Of a stretch of 64,000 nt of DNA, positions 1-14,923 are shown piece after piece. The stretch covers positions 517 through 64,516 of the forward strand of contig CANJIM010000004.1 in assembly GCA_947474495.1 (NCBI GenBank), given 5' to 3'. How positions within the stretch are numbered: the first letter of the stretch is position 1; every line of letters begins with the position of its first letter. Made by a program: the position numbers and the translations under genes. The notes under the pieces were generated by a model. It was not told where the DNA came from. It did not search any database and worked only from the letters and a program-made list of their open reading frames with translations. Source of the DNA: Rhodospirillaceae bacterium. GTDB lineage: Bacteria; Pseudomonadota; Alphaproteobacteria; SMXQ01.

Positions 1-1691
<1,691 letters not shown>

Positions 1692-1719
1692 GGGGGACTC
1701 GCGAACGCGGAAAATCTTG

Positions 1720-1974
1720 TCAGCAAGTATAACCCCGACTGTCGAGTGCTTGCATGCACTTGAGATGATCGCGGCTGCCGCGCTGCCGGTCGCAGGCCAC
1801 GCTGCGGGGGATGTGGTCAAGCGTCGGGCAAGCGGCGGCGCGGAACGGCTCGCCCGTGAAGGAACGCTGCCGGTCGTTGTCGCGGCAGTATCCGGCGCAA
1901 CCGGCACGGCAGGCGCCGAGCGCGACAAGCGCTGCGACAAGGCCGGTAAACACCATCAAGCCATGAGCCCGCAT
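1720..1974 (-). CDS. Small hypothetical secreted Cys-rich protein (84 aa)
   Basis: Signal-peptide-like N-terminus MRAHGLMVFTGLVAALVALGA followed by multiple Cys residues. It sits in the mnmE upstream region and has no recognisable family. Confidence 0.3.
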   Translation of the reverse strand: MRAHGLMVFTGLVAALVALGACRAGCAGYCRDNDRQRSFTGEPFRAAACPTLDHIPRSVACDRQRGSRDHLKCMQALDSRGYTC

Positions 1975-2084
1975 GATGCGTCATCCGCGAGACGCCGCCC
2001 CTCCGTCACCGCTTCATCAGTGGCGACGTTTCGGCGCTCATGGCATGAATAGCCCATGATGATGGTGCTTTTGCGGCAAGTCAT

Positions 2085-3410
2085 ATGAGCGCAGACGCGA
2101 CGATTTACGCCTTGGCCAGCGCGCCCGGCGCGGCCGGCGTCGCGGTCCATCGCGTCTCGGGGCCGCGTGCCGGCGAGCTGTTCGCGCGCCTTTGCCATCG
2201 CGAGATTCCGCCGCCGCGTCAGGCCGTGCGCGTCACCCTGTACGATCCGGCGAGCGGCGAGGCGCTCGATGATGGGTTGGCCCTGTGGTTTGCCGCCCCC
2301 CATAGCTTCACCGGCGAGGATATCGTCGAGCTGCAGCTACATGGCGGCCGCGCCAGCATCGCTGCTGCGCTCGGCGCCCTGGGCCGCATGGACGGCTACC
2401 GGCTGGCCGAGCCCGGCGAGTTCACCAAGCGCGCCTTCATCGCCGGCAAGCTGGACCTGACCGCCGCCGAGGGCCTGGCCGATCTGGTCGCCGCCGAGAC
2501 CGAGGCGCAACGCCGCCAGGCCCGTCGCCAATTGGCCGGCGAGTTGGGCGCCCTCTACGAAGGCTGGCGCGCCCGGCTGCTCAGCCTGCTGGCCTATCAG
2601 GAGGCGGCGATCGATTTCGTCGATGAGGATCTGCCGCCCGACATGCTGGCTGACGCGGCGGCGCAAATTGCCGCGCTGATCGGCGACATCGACAGACATC
2701 TCGCGGACCAGCGGCGCGGCGAACGGCTGCGCGGCGGTATTTCCGTGGTCATCCTCGGGGCGCCCAACGCCGGCAAGTCCAGTTTGCTCAATGCCCTGGC
2801 GCAGCGCGACGCGGCGATCGTCTCGTCGCGCGCCGGGACGACCCGCGATGTGATCGATGTTCATCTCGATCTCGGCGGCTGGCCGGTCATCCTCACCGAC
2901 ACAGCCGGTTTACGTGATGCCGACGACGAGATCGAGAGTGAGGGCGTGCGCCGCGCCCGCGCCCGCGCGGCCGAGGCGGATGTGAAACTTATCTTGTTTG
3001 ACGGAACGGCCATACCGGATAGCCATACCATTGATTTAGTTGATGAAAATAGCATAGTCCTACTGAGTAAGACCGACCTCCATACCGCTGCTGGAGGGGT
3101 TGCGGGCCAGCCTGCTTTGGCGATTTCGGCAAAAACGGGTGCCGGCATGCCGGAGCTCTTGGCGCGCCTTCAGGCCGAAGTCGCGCAGCGCATGGATCTC
3201 TCCGGTAGTCCCGCCCTGACCCGCCAGAGGCACCGGAACTCTTTGGAAAATTGCCGGGATTCTCTCTCGGTAGCGCTAACGGCTTCAGCGCCGGAACTCA
3301 TGGCGGAAGAACTGCGCCAGGCAGCTCAATGGCTCGGCCAGATCACCGGCAAGGTCGGCGTCGAGGACGTACTGGATAAAATCTTTCGCGACTTTTGCAT
3401 TGGAAAATAA
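2085..3410 (+). CDS. mnmE: tRNA modification GTPase MnmE (TrmE)
   Basis: G-domain GAPNAGKSSLLNAL and DTAGLRD motifs are present, and the C-terminus ends in the conserved CIGK. It sits immediately upstream of mnmG. Confidence 0.95.
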   Translation: MSADATIYALASAPGAAGVAVHRVSGPRAGELFARLCHREIPPPRQAVRVTLYDPASGEALDDGLALWFAAPHSFTGEDIVELQLHGGRASIAAALGALGRMDGYRLAEPGEFTKRAFIAGKLDLTAAEGLADLVAAETEAQRRQARRQLAGELGALYEGWRARLLSLLAYQEAAIDFVDEDLPPDMLADAAAQIAALIGDIDRHLADQRRGERLRGGISVVILGAPNAGKSSLLNALAQRDAAIVSSRAGTTRDVIDVHLDLGGWPVILTDTAGLRDADDEIESEGVRRARARAAEADVKLILFDGTAIPDSHTIDLVDENSIVLLSKTDLHTAAGGVAGQPALAISAKTGAGMPELLARLQAEVAQRMDLSGSPALTRQRHRNSLENCRDSLSVALTASAPELMAEELRQAAQWLGQITGKVGVEDVLDKIFRDFCIGK

Positions 3411-3488
3411 GGACTTAGATGAATGTTTCACGTGAAACATAGCGCCGCGATTGACGTGTTTTCCACAGGTCCCTAGATTGCGCCGCCC

Positions 3489-5381
3489 ATGACAAGTATT
3501 GCGCCCAATATTGCGGATAAATTTGACGTCATCGTCATCGGCGGCGGCCATGCGGGGTGCGAAGCCGCGGCGGCGGCTGCTCGTATGGGCGCGCGCACGG
3601 CGCTTGTCACTCACAAGCCTGAGACGATTGGTGAGATGTCCTGCAACCCTGCCATCGGCGGTTTGGGCAAGGGCCACCTGGTGCGCGAGATCGATGCGCT
3701 CGACGGTGTCATGGGCCGCGCCATCGATGCCGGCGGCATCCAATTCCGCGTGCTCAACAAGAGCAAGGGCCCAGCGGTGCAGGGGCCGCGTGCCCAAGCC
3801 GATCGCAAGCTCTATCGTCTCGCCATGCAGGGGCTGCTGCGGGAGCAAGAGAACCTGACCATCATCGCCGGCGAAGCCGACGATCTGCGGCTGGGCGCGG
3901 ACGGCGCCGTCGCTGCCGTCATTCTCGCGGACGGGCGCGAACTGCAATGCGCCGCCGCTGTGCTGACGACCGGCACTTTCCTGCGCGGCCTGATCCATAT
4001 GGGCGAAACACAAATTCCCGCCGGCCGTGTCGGCGAAGCACCCAGTCTCGGCCTATCGAACACCTTGGAGCGCGCGGGCTTCGTGCTCGGCCGTTTGAAG
4101 ACCGGCACGCCGCCGCGTCTCGACGGCCACACCATCGATTACACTGGCCTTGACGCCCAGCCGGGCGACGATCCCGCCGTGCCGTTCTCGACCATGACCA
4201 AGGCGATCACGACGCCGCAGGTCTCCTGCCATGTGACCGGCACGACGGAGGCGAGCCACGCGCTGATCCGCGCCAACCTGCACCGCGCGCCCATGTATAG
4301 CGGGCAGATCAGCAGCAGCGGCCCGCGTTACTGCCCGTCGATCGAGGACAAGGTGGTGCGCTTTGCCGGTCGCGAGCGGCATCAGATCTTCCTCGAGCCG
4401 GAAGGCCTCGACGATCCGACGGTCTATCCCAACGGCATCTCCACCTCGCTGCCGCTGGACGTGCAGCAAGCCTTGCTGAAAACCATTCCAGGCCTGGAAA
4501 ACACAGTGATTCTGAGGCCCGGCTACGCCATCGAATATGACTATGTCGATCCACGCGAACTGAACCGTAGCTTGGAAACGCGTCGTCTGCCGGGGCTTTT
4601 CTTGGCTGGCCAGATCAATGGCACCACCGGCTATGAAGAAGCGGCCGGGCAGGGCCTGATCGCCGGTATCAATGCCGCGTTGCGGGCGGGTGGTTGGCGC
4701 GAGCCCTTCGTCTTGGACCGCGCCGATGGCTATCTCGGCGTGATGATCGATGACCTCGTCACTCAGGGCGTCACCGAGCCCTATCGCATGTTCACCTCGC
4801 GCGCCGAATATCGCCTGACCTTGCGCGCCGATAATGCCGACCAGCGCCTGACGGCCAAGGGCCAGGCCATCGGCTGCGTCGGCTCGCTGCGTGCTAAAGC
4901 CTATGCCGGCAAGGCGCAGGCCCTGGCCGAGGTGCGGGCACTCGCCGAATCGCTGAGCGCCACGCCACCCGAATTGGCGCGGGCCGGCCTCAACATCAAT
5001 CAAGATGGCCAGCGCCGCACGGCTATGACCCTGCTGGCCTACCCAGATATCGACCTGGCACGGTTGGCGGCCTTGTGGCCAGCCCTGGGCCAGCTCGATT
5101 CGGCGATCGGCGCCCAGTTGGAAATCGACGGCCGCTACGCGGGTTATCTGGACCGCCAGGCCGCCGACATTCGCGCCTTGCGCAAGGACGAAGCTTTGGC
5201 GCTGCCGGTCGATGTGAATTACGACGCCATCGGCGGGCTTTCCACGGAGTTGCGCGATAAGCTCACGCGCATCCGTCCGGAGAGTCTGGCGGCGGCGGGC
5301 CGCATCCCCGGCATGACCCCAGCGGCCCTCACGGCGCTGCTCGGCCATGTGAAGCGCCGCAAATTGGCAAAATCGGCTTAA
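3489..5381 (+). CDS. mnmG: tRNA uridine-5-carboxymethylaminomethyl synthesis enzyme MnmG (GidA)
   Basis: N-terminal FAD-binding [14 protein letters not shown] motif, 630 aa, conserved gidA-gidB-parAB context. Confidence 0.95.
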   Translation: MTSIAPNIADKFDVIVIGGGHAGCEAAAAAARMGARTALVTHKPETIGEMSCNPAIGGLGKGHLVREIDALDGVMGRAIDAGGIQFRVLNKSKGPAVQGPRAQADRKLYRLAMQGLLREQENLTIIAGEADDLRLGADGAVAAVILADGRELQCAAAVLTTGTFLRGLIHMGETQIPAGRVGEAPSLGLSNTLERAGFVLGRLKTGTPPRLDGHTIDYTGLDAQPGDDPAVPFSTMTKAITTPQVSCHVTGTTEASHALIRANLHRAPMYSGQISSSGPRYCPSIEDKVVRFAGRERHQIFLEPEGLDDPTVYPNGISTSLPLDVQQALLKTIPGLENTVILRPGYAIEYDYVDPRELNRSLETRRLPGLFLAGQINGTTGYEEAAGQGLIAGINAALRAGGWREPFVLDRADGYLGVMIDDLVTQGVTEPYRMFTSRAEYRLTLRADNADQRLTAKGQAIGCVGSLRAKAYAGKAQALAEVRALAESLSATPPELARAGLNINQDGQRRTAMTLLAYPDIDLARLAALWPALGQLDSAIGAQLEIDGRYAGYLDRQAADIRALRKDEALALPVDVNYDAIGGLSTELRDKLTRIRPESLAAAGRIPGMTPAALTALLGHVKRRKLAKSA

Positions 5382-5386
5382 GCGGC

Positions 5387-6049
5387 GTGGCCGATTCTCC
5401 CTTGAGCCCTGAAATATTTGAGCAATCTGGCATTGTTTCACGTGAAACAATGACCCGGCTGCAAACCTATGCGGCGTTGCTGGCCAAATGGCAGCCGGCG
5501 ATCAATCTCGTCGGCAAAGACACGCTACCGGACCTATGGCGGCGTCACATGCTCGATTCCGCACAGCTCGCCCCCCATATCCCGGCAGCACGTCCCGATG
5601 GCTCACCTTTGACCCTTGTCGATTTGGGATCGGGAGCCGGATTTCCCGGTCTGGTGCTGGCGATCATGGCGAGCGATACGAACCGCCAATGGCAAGTGAA
5701 TCTCGTCGAATCCGATATGCGCAAATGCGCGTTTCTCTCGACCGTGGCGCGCGAGACCAGGACCGACGTGAAAATCCATCCGGCGCGCATCGAAAAACTC
5801 GCGGCTTTTTCGGCCGATGTCGTCACCGCGCGTGCCCTGACGCCGCTCGAGTCGCTGCTCGCTTATGCCGAACCCTTTCTGATGCCGAGCAGCCACTGCC
5901 TTTTTCTAAAAGGGGCGACGGCGGCGGATGAATTGACCGCTGCGGCCAAATCCTGGAAAATGACCGTTGAACAGTTGCCCAGCCGATCCGGCCCAGCTGG
6001 CAACCTCTTGCACATCAGGGATATTTCCCGTGTCAAATCAAGACCTTAG
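5387..6049 (+). CDS. rsmG: 16S rRNA (guanine527-N7)-methyltransferase RsmG (GidB)
   Basis: SAM-MTase motif LVDLGSGAGFPGLVLAI, ~220 aa, positioned between mnmG and parA. Confidence 0.9.
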   Translation: MADSPLSPEIFEQSGIVSRETMTRLQTYAALLAKWQPAINLVGKDTLPDLWRRHMLDSAQLAPHIPAARPDGSPLTLVDLGSGAGFPGLVLAIMASDTNRQWQVNLVESDMRKCAFLSTVARETRTDVKIHPARIEKLAAFSADVVTARALTPLESLLAYAEPFLMPSSHCLFLKGATAADELTAAAKSWKMTVEQLPSRSGPAGNLLHIRDISRVKSRP

Positions 6050-6923
6050 CGACATTGCCGGCGAGTCTGCGACGATCACGACCTTAGATCCTCAGCCCAA
6101 GGCCGAGTCCAAACCGGCTGTCCTGCCGCTCAATATCGTGCCGAGCCGGACGCGGGTCATCGCCATCGCCAACCAGAAGGGCGGTGTCGGCAAGACCACC
6201 ACGACGATCAATCTCGCCACGGCGCTCGCCGCCTGCGAAGCGCGGGTGCTGGTCATCGATCTCGATCCGCAAGGCAATGCCTCGACCGGTCTCGGCATCG
6301 GTCATGACAAACGCGGCCGCGGTATTTACGACGTGCTGTTCGACGGCGGCAGCCTGATCGCCGCCGCGGTGCAGAGCCAGGTGCCCGGCCTGTCGGTGGT
6401 GCCGAGCACCGTCGACCTCGCCGGCGCCGAGCTTGAACTGATCGATGTCGAGAAGCGCGAGTACCGCCTGCAGTCCGCCATCGGCGAATCGCGCGGCGCC
6501 TACGACTACGTGCTGATCGACTGCCCGCCGGCGCTCGGCCTGCTGACCCTCAACGCCCTGGTCGCCGCCGATTCGGTGCTGGTGCCGCTGCAATGCGAGT
6601 TCTTCGCCCTCGAAGGCCTGAGCCATCTGCTCAAGACGATCGAGCGGGTCAAACGCGCGCTCAACCCAAGTCTCGAGCTGCAGGGCGTCGTGCTCACCAT
6701 GTACGACACGCGCAACAATCTGACCGAGATGGTCGCCACCGACGTGCGCGGCTTCCTCGGCGACAAGGTCTACACCACCGTGATCCCGCGCAATGTCCGC
6801 GTCTCGGAAGCGCCGAGCCATGGCAAGCCCGTGCTGCTCTACGACCTGCGCTGCGTCGGATCCCAGGCCTATATTCAGTTGGCCAAAGAAGTTCTCAAGC
6901 GCGAGCAGGGGAAGGCGGCATGA
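5967..6923 (+). CDS. parA: Chromosome partitioning ATPase ParA. The start is uncertain; an alternative in-frame GTG at 6030 would shorten the overlap with rsmG.
   Basis: Deviant Walker A motif IANQKGGVGKTTT. A 4-nt ATGA overlap links it to the downstream parB. Confidence 0.9.
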   Translation: MNSCPADPAQLATSCTSGIFPVSNQDLSDIAGESATITTLDPQPKAESKPAVLPLNIVPSRTRVIAIANQKGGVGKTTTTINLATALAACEARVLVIDLDPQGNASTGLGIGHDKRGRGIYDVLFDGGSLIAAAVQSQVPGLSVVPSTVDLAGAELELIDVEKREYRLQSAIGESRGAYDYVLIDCPPALGLLTLNALVAADSVLVPLQCEFFALEGLSHLLKTIERVKRALNPSLELQGVVLTMYDTRNNLTEMVATDVRGFLGDKVYTTVIPRNVRVSEAPSHGKPVLLYDLRCVGSQAYIQLAKEVLKREQGKAA

Positions 6924-7837
6924 GCGCAGACAGCGAGAAGACCGGCGCGACAGCGCCGCGCCCGAAAAATCTCGGCCGCGGCCTCGCCGCTTTGTTCGGC
7001 GAAGAGAGTGCCGATTATGCCGAGCTCGACAAGGCGCGCCCGGCCAAGGCCGTGCCGATCGAATTCCTGCGTCCCGGCAAATATCAGCCGCGCCACAATT
7101 TCGATCCGTCGCAGATCCAGTCGCTGGTCGATTCGGTCAAGGAGAAGGGCATCCTGCAGCCGATCCTGGTGCGCCGCCTCGCCAGCGAACCCAACGCTTA
7201 CGAGATCGTCGCCGGCGAACGGCGCTGGCGCGCCGCGCAATTGGCGCAGCTGCATGAAGTGCCGGTCACCATCCGCGAACTGTCCGACCGCGACGCACTC
7301 GAAATCGCGCTCGTCGAAAACATCCAGCGCGAGAATCTCAACGCGATGGAAGAGGCCGACGGCTACCGCCGGTTGATGGACGAGTTCAAACATACCCAGG
7401 AAGATCTGGCCAAGGTGATCGGCAAGAGCCGCAGCCATGTCGCCAATCTGCTGCGCCTGTTGAGCCTGCCTGACGGCGTCCGTAAGCTTGTCGAATCGGG
7501 CAAGCTGTCGGCCGGCCATGCCCGCGCGCTGATCGGTGTCGAGCCAGAAGAGGCCGAGCATCTCGCCTTGGAAGCGATCAAGGGCGATATGAGCGTTCGT
7601 CAAGTCGAGTGGCTCGTCAAAGCCCATCGCGAGCAAACCATCGGCCGCCGCACGCCGGCGACGATGAAGAAAAAGATGCAGTCGAAAGACGCCAACATCG
7701 TCGCGCTCGAACGCGACCTGTCGAATCTGCTCGGACTGAAAGTCGGCATCACCTTCGACGGCAAGGGCGGCGTGCTGTCGGTGCACTACAGCACGCTCGA
7801 ACAACTCGACGACGTGCTGCGGCGGATGGGGAAGTAG
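6920..7837 (+). CDS. parB: Chromosome partitioning protein ParB
   Basis: ParB-box motifs GERRWRAA and [14 protein letters not shown], and an HTH region. The ATG at 6920 overlaps the parA stop; the track ORF 6593..7837 is an upstream in-frame extension. Confidence 0.9.
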   Translation: MSADSEKTGATAPRPKNLGRGLAALFGEESADYAELDKARPAKAVPIEFLRPGKYQPRHNFDPSQIQSLVDSVKEKGILQPILVRRLASEPNAYEIVAGERRWRAAQLAQLHEVPVTIRELSDRDALEIALVENIQRENLNAMEEADGYRRLMDEFKHTQEDLAKVIGKSRSHVANLLRLLSLPDGVRKLVESGKLSAGHARALIGVEPEEAEHLALEAIKGDMSVRQVEWLVKAHREQTIGRRTPATMKKKMQSKDANIVALERDLSNLLGLKVGITFDGKGGVLSVHYSTLEQLDDVLRRMGK

Positions 7838-7897
7838 GCATCGGCGAGGCGGTTCTAAATTAGGTTCTGACTGACGACCCGCTAAACTTTCCAATTC

Positions 7898-7926
7898 GTC
7901 ATGCCGGGACCAAGTCCGGGCATGAC
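7898..7926. terminator. Palindromic hairpin (GTCATGCC..GGCATGAC plus inner GGAC/GTCC) between the convergent parB and holA genes. It may be a bidirectional terminator or a REP-like element.
   Basis: An inverted repeat of 8+4 bp seen directly, with TCTTTTCTCTC following on the + strand. Confidence 0.35.
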
Positions 7927-7948
7927 GTAAAATGAGAGCTCTTTTCTC

Positions 7949-8995
7949 TCAACGCGCCGCGCGTCTCGCGGCTGTCGCCAGCTGCATCAGCACGCGCGCC
8001 GTGATCGCCTCGGACGGCATGCCGGTCGTCTTGCAATCCATCTCGGCTTTCAGCAGCAATTCGAGGGCGCGGCCGATATTGCTGGCCGGCCATTGCCGCA
8101 GCGCCATCTTGAACGGCGTCACCGCCTTGAAGAACAGCGGCGGGCGCAACGCTTTGATCGCCCCATCGGCATTGGCGCCTTCGGCCATTTTGCCGGCGAC
8201 GAAATGCAACCGCTCGAAGTGGCGCGACACCGCGCGCAGAATGGCGATGGCATGGGTGCCCTCGCGCGTCACGCGTTCGTAGGTGCGGTCGAGCTCGGCG
8301 ATATCGCCACGCGCCACCGCCATGGCGATGTCGTCGACGCCTTGCTCTGACGAATCGCCGACGCAGGCCTCGGCGTCGGCCAGCGTCACCTTGCCGGACG
8401 CGTCTCCATTCAAGGGGGCACAATATATGGCGAGCTTTTCGAGCTCGCGGCGCGTCAGCATGCGGTCGCCGCCGAGACGGCCGACGAGAAACTCGAGGGC
8501 GTCGGGCGCGACCTCCAGCTTGTTCTGGCGCAGGCTATCGCGGATGACATCGGCGAGAGTCGATTCGTCGTCGAGATAGCAAGCGATGGCCGCGCCCTTG
8601 GGATGATCTTCGAACAGGCTGCGCAGCTTGGATGAGGGCGACAGCAACCCGGCCTCGATAACGACGAGCGAATCGGCCTTCACCTCTTCGTCGAGCAGCT
8701 CCTCAAACAGCTTGGCATGGCTATCGAGCGCCCCCCGCAAACGAACCGCCCGCCGGCCGCCCATCAGCGACATGGCATTGGCCTCGTCGCTCAGCAGCGC
8801 GGGATCGTCTTTCAGTTCGGCGGCGGAAATCTCACGTGTGCGGAAGGGGTCGTCGATCGCGCCGGCGACCGCCTTGATCAAGGCTTCGGCGCGCTCGCGC
8901 ACCAGGCCGCTGTCGGGACCGTAGAGCAGCACAGCGCGCACGGCGGCATCGGGCTTGCGCGCGAAACCGTCGGCTCTGGCCGCCTGAATCTTCAC
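7949..8995 (-). CDS. holA: DNA polymerase III delta subunit
   Basis: N-terminus AVLLYGPDSGLVRERAEAL is typical of HolA. It has the conserved leuS-lptE-holA order. Confidence 0.85.
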   Translation of the reverse strand: MKIQAARADGFARKPDAAVRAVLLYGPDSGLVRERAEALIKAVAGAIDDPFRTREISAAELKDDPALLSDEANAMSLMGGRRAVRLRGALDSHAKLFEELLDEEVKADSLVVIEAGLLSPSSKLRSLFEDHPKGAAIACYLDDESTLADVIRDSLRQNKLEVAPDALEFLVGRLGGDRMLTRRELEKLAIYCAPLNGDASGKVTLADAEACVGDSSEQGVDDIAMAVARGDIAELDRTYERVTREGTHAIAILRAVSRHFERLHFVAGKMAEGANADGAIKALRPPLFFKAVTPFKMALRQWPASNIGRALELLLKAEMDCKTTGMPSEAITARVLMQLATAARRAAR

Positions 8996-9013
8996 AGGGC
9001 GATCTTCAAGAGA

Positions 9014-9518
9014 TCAGCTCGCTTTGCGCGAGGAGAGGTAAATCGCCACGCGGGTTTTGATCTCTTCGCTGAGATCGACAGCAGTGCGGCGAATCGCATC
9101 GTTCTCGCTGATCACATTGGCGAAATCGGAATCGAGGACGTTGTAGCTGCTGACCGCCCGGCTGTTGCCGGACATCACCTGCTTGCCGCCGGCAAGCTCG
9201 ATCAGCGTGTAGCTGGCCGTCATCGTCAGGCTGCCGCGTGTTGCCGTCTCATCGGTGCGGACACCGAGGCTTTCGCGGGCGATGCCGACGCCAACCGTCA
9301 GCCGATAGAGCGGCTTGGCGGCGGCGCCGCGCGGCTGCATCTTATCGAGCAGACTGTTGCGAACCAGCTGGCCTTCCCTGTTGGTTATGGTGTCGATTTG
9401 AATCGCCGCCAATTCCGGCGCGGTGACCGACGCGGCGCTGCGCTCGCCGTAAAGCGGGCGGAAGCCGCAGCCGCTCGTGGCAATCAGCGCGAGGGCAAGG
9501 CAGGTTGCGGCGGCGGCT

Positions 9519-9532
<14 letters not shown>
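9014..9532 (-). CDS. lptE: LPS assembly lipoprotein LptE
   Basis: Lipoprotein signal with a lipobox (LIATSGC), ~170 aa, immediately downstream of leuS as in most proteobacteria. It overlaps the leuS end by 14 nt. Confidence 0.75.
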
Positions 9533-12128
<2,596 letters not shown>

Positions 12129-12344
12129 GCGGAGCGAATTCCTGAAGGGGCAGGGAACGGCGTGGCCCGAGTGACGGCGGGCGCGCGGCGATCGCCTGAA
12201 CGCGGATGAAAGACGGGCCGAGTGCGGGCCTAAAAAGCAAGGCGGTGGCCCGGCGCGATTTTCTACGTCAGGGCGCGGATTCGCAAGCCCTGGCGCAAGC
12301 CCCGCCGCGAGCGACGCGGAGTTTTTGGCCTTATTTTTCGCGGC

Positions 12345-12908
12345 TTAGCGGGCGGTAGTCTGGTCGACGCGGAGCTGGCGCGCGCGCGTCAGGATAGTGT
12401 TTTCCAGATCGGTCGAGGTCTTGGCTTCGACCGGCAGGTCGGCCCAATTGTTGCCGTCGCGGCGCTGCTGGAACAGGGTGACGCGAACGCCGTCGGCGCG
12501 CAGGTCGCGATCGAGAATATAGGCGGTCGCCTTGAAGCGGCGGTCCGGCGTCTCGGGCGGGCTGTACCAGTCGGTGATGATGACGCCGCCGAACGGATCA
12601 GCCGAGGCGAGCGGCATGAAGGACAGCGTGTCGAGCGAGGCGCGCCACAGGAAGCTGTTCACCGCGACGCCGTTGGGGGCGATCTCTTCCTTCTTCTTGC
12701 CGAATAGGATCAGGCCGTCCTTGCCGAAGATGCTGCCCGATTGGCCGCGCTTTTCGCCGTCGAGCTTTTCCTTTTCGCGGCGGTCCATCGGATAGGTGGC
12801 GCTATCGACCGTTGGCGGCGTGCTGCCGCACGCGGCGAGCGCGACCGGGAGCAGCAAGACGCCGAGGAGAAGACGGTGACGAAGCGGACGGGACTGAAAG
12901 CGGGTCAT
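12345..12908 (-). CDS. DUF3576-type lipoprotein. The start is placed at the internal Met (MTRFQSRP...); the track ORF extends to 13064.
   Basis: Signal peptide plus lipobox LAACGS. Conserved alphaproteobacterial neighbour of leuS. Confidence 0.6.
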   Translation of the reverse strand: MTRFQSRPLRHRLLLGVLLLPVALAACGSTPPTVDSATYPMDRREKEKLDGEKRGQSGSIFGKDGLILFGKKKEEIAPNGVAVNSFLWRASLDTLSFMPLASADPFGGVIITDWYSPPETPDRRFKATAYILDRDLRADGVRVTLFQQRRDGNNWADLPVEAKTSTDLENTILTRARQLRVDQTTAR

Positions 12909-13100
12909 GGCGATCGGACGATCCTTGTGGGCCCCGGGGCGGGCTGGCCAGGCGCGGGGGCGCCGATGGCGCAATCCGTTCAACTTATAGGAAAAACGGC
13001 AGGGAATCGCCAGCCTCGTGCGGCGAAGCGCCCGTCGCGGGCGCGGATCTTTAAAAATACCCATTATTTCAATTGGTTGTTCGATTCGCGCGGCGCGACG

Positions 13101-13138
13101 CGAACAAACGAAAAGGGCGGCAGGTTGCCCTGCCGCCC
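13101..13138 (-). terminator. Rho-independent terminator of the porin gene
   Basis: Perfect 10-bp stem GGGCGGCAGG-TTGC-CCTGCCGCCC, followed on the minus-strand transcript by UUUUCGUUUGUU. Confidence 0.6.
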
Positions 13139-13182
13139 TCTCGTAACAATCCGCGAGTTTGCGGACGGATCGAAGATCCGTC

Positions 13183-14379
13183 TTAGAACGTGGCGCGGGT
13201 ACCGATCAAGAGACCGATAGCGGTGTTTTCCGACGTTGTGGCAACACCATCGCTATCGTTTGTGTAATACCAAGTGTCGGCATAGACCACGAGACCGGCA
13301 CCCATGGTGTACTGCGCGCCCAGGGTGAAGGCATCGGAAGTATATTTAGCAGTATTGCTGACCGAGCTAGCATTTGTGTTTCCAGCGTTCGCACCCGCAC
13401 TGTTGTGCATGTATGACACGCCCACCACGTATGGCCCAGTGGTGTACTTCAGGGCACCAGCATAGCCGGAGACATCGCTATTTCCGAGAGCCTTATTTTG
13501 ACCAGATTTTCCGTCATCCCCGTATCCGGCGCTGGCGGTAAAGCCACCAAATTCGGCCTTCGCACTGACCACCCAGGCCTTGATGTCTCTGTTCCAACGC
13601 TGATCATCCGCGTCGGCAAGCGTGGCAGCGGCTGCGAAGCCCAAGGCGAAGTCATCGCTGACCTTTACATCATAGCTAGCGCCAAGTTCCCAGTAATTCT
13701 CGAAACTACCTGGGGCAGAAGCATAAGTTGTCTGTTGGCCCGAACCATCAGTGGCACGCGAAGAACCGTTGTCCTTGTTGCTAGCGCTGTAGGACACGCC
13801 GGCCTGGAATCCCGCAATCGTCGGCGTGTAATACATGATCTTCGTCGCGTCAGAGGAGTTCGACGGATCAGCGCCCGCAGCCCACAGACCGTTAGTGAAG
13901 GTCTTCGTGTTGGTCCAGCGGCGGTAGCCGCGGGCTCCGGACACGCCGATGCCGGTGATCTGGCCATCTCCGACGTAGTTCTTGGCGTCGACCGGGCCGT
14001 CTTCGTTGCCGAGGGTCAGCTGACCCCAGCTGCCGGAGAACACGATCGAGACTTCGTCGGCGTTGTCGTTGCTGCCCGGGTTGACGGTATCAGCGTCAGC
14101 TTCGAGTTCGATCTTGACCGACCAAGCGAGGCCGTTGTCCAGCTTGTCGCTGGCGCGGATCAGCAGCTCGGTGTCCGTCGCCCAGCCGAAGCCGCGGTCC
14201 GTGGTGACCGCCGGAACGCCCGGCGCGGGGCCGAAGCCGGCCGCACTGAGGTCCTGGCTGGAGAAGCCAGCCTGGAAATCAAGGTAGCCGCCGATGCGAA
14301 CTTCGGGGGCCGCCATGGCAGCGGTCGCCGCGAAAGACGCGCCGACCAGGGCAGTCGTGCCCAAAAGCAGTTTCTTCAT
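13183..14379 (-). CDS. Outer-membrane porin (alphaproteobacterial Porin_2/RopA-Omp2-like)
   Basis: Signal peptide MKKLLLGTTALVGASFAATAAMA, beta-strand-rich Gly/Ser/Tyr/Asp composition, C-terminal Phe (..RATF). Confidence 0.8.
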   Translation of the reverse strand: MKKLLLGTTALVGASFAATAAMAAPEVRIGGYLDFQAGFSSQDLSAAGFGPAPGVPAVTTDRGFGWATDTELLIRASDKLDNGLAWSVKIELEADADTVNPGSNDNADEVSIVFSGSWGQLTLGNEDGPVDAKNYVGDGQITGIGVSGARGYRRWTNTKTFTNGLWAAGADPSNSSDATKIMYYTPTIAGFQAGVSYSASNKDNGSSRATDGSGQQTTYASAPGSFENYWELGASYDVKVSDDFALGFAAAATLADADDQRWNRDIKAWVVSAKAEFGGFTASAGYGDDGKSGQNKALGNSDVSGYAGALKYTTGPYVVGVSYMHNSAGANAGNTNASSVSNTAKYTSDAFTLGAQYTMGAGLVVYADTWYYTNDSDGVATTSENTAIGLLIGTRATF

Positions 14380-14923
14380 ACCGATAAACCTCCGGTTTAA
14401 TCCCCCTGCAAACCTGCCGACGAGGGATCATGGAACAGTGAATTTGGGTCGCGCTACTTGCTTCGCCCCGACACCCGACCCAGGAACCCCCTCGGCCGGA
14501 CCCGTGCCTAAAAGCACGTAGCATGGATAGCCTGCCCCGGATGTGCTTGCAATCTGGGCAAAAAACTTGCCCCAGCACTGTCGCATTTTCGCCACATTTC
14601 GGAAAATTGCCATTTTATCAATGGGTTGACTTGAGGCGGGTGACGCAGGGACCGCCCGGCATCTCGCCGAAAAGCTACATCTCCTTGAAATACATACAAA
14701 AAGTCCGATCACGCGCAAAATAGACGTCGGGCCGGCCTAGCGCGATGCCCAATCTCTAGGTGCGGCGCTCCATCAGACGCTAGATGCTTGGCTCTGACGC
14801 CGCGGGGGCTTTGATCTGGGCGATGTTTTGCCAGGCATCGCGCTTTGTCTGGCGCCGCCAGACGGCTGTGATAAATGCTGACCTCGCATTTTGCCTTTTC
14901 AGATCCGGATTGCCGCACCCACC

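Noticed and set aside
4053-5450. 465-aa minus-strand ORF
   Set aside because: It is antisense to mnmG and is a GC-driven artefact.
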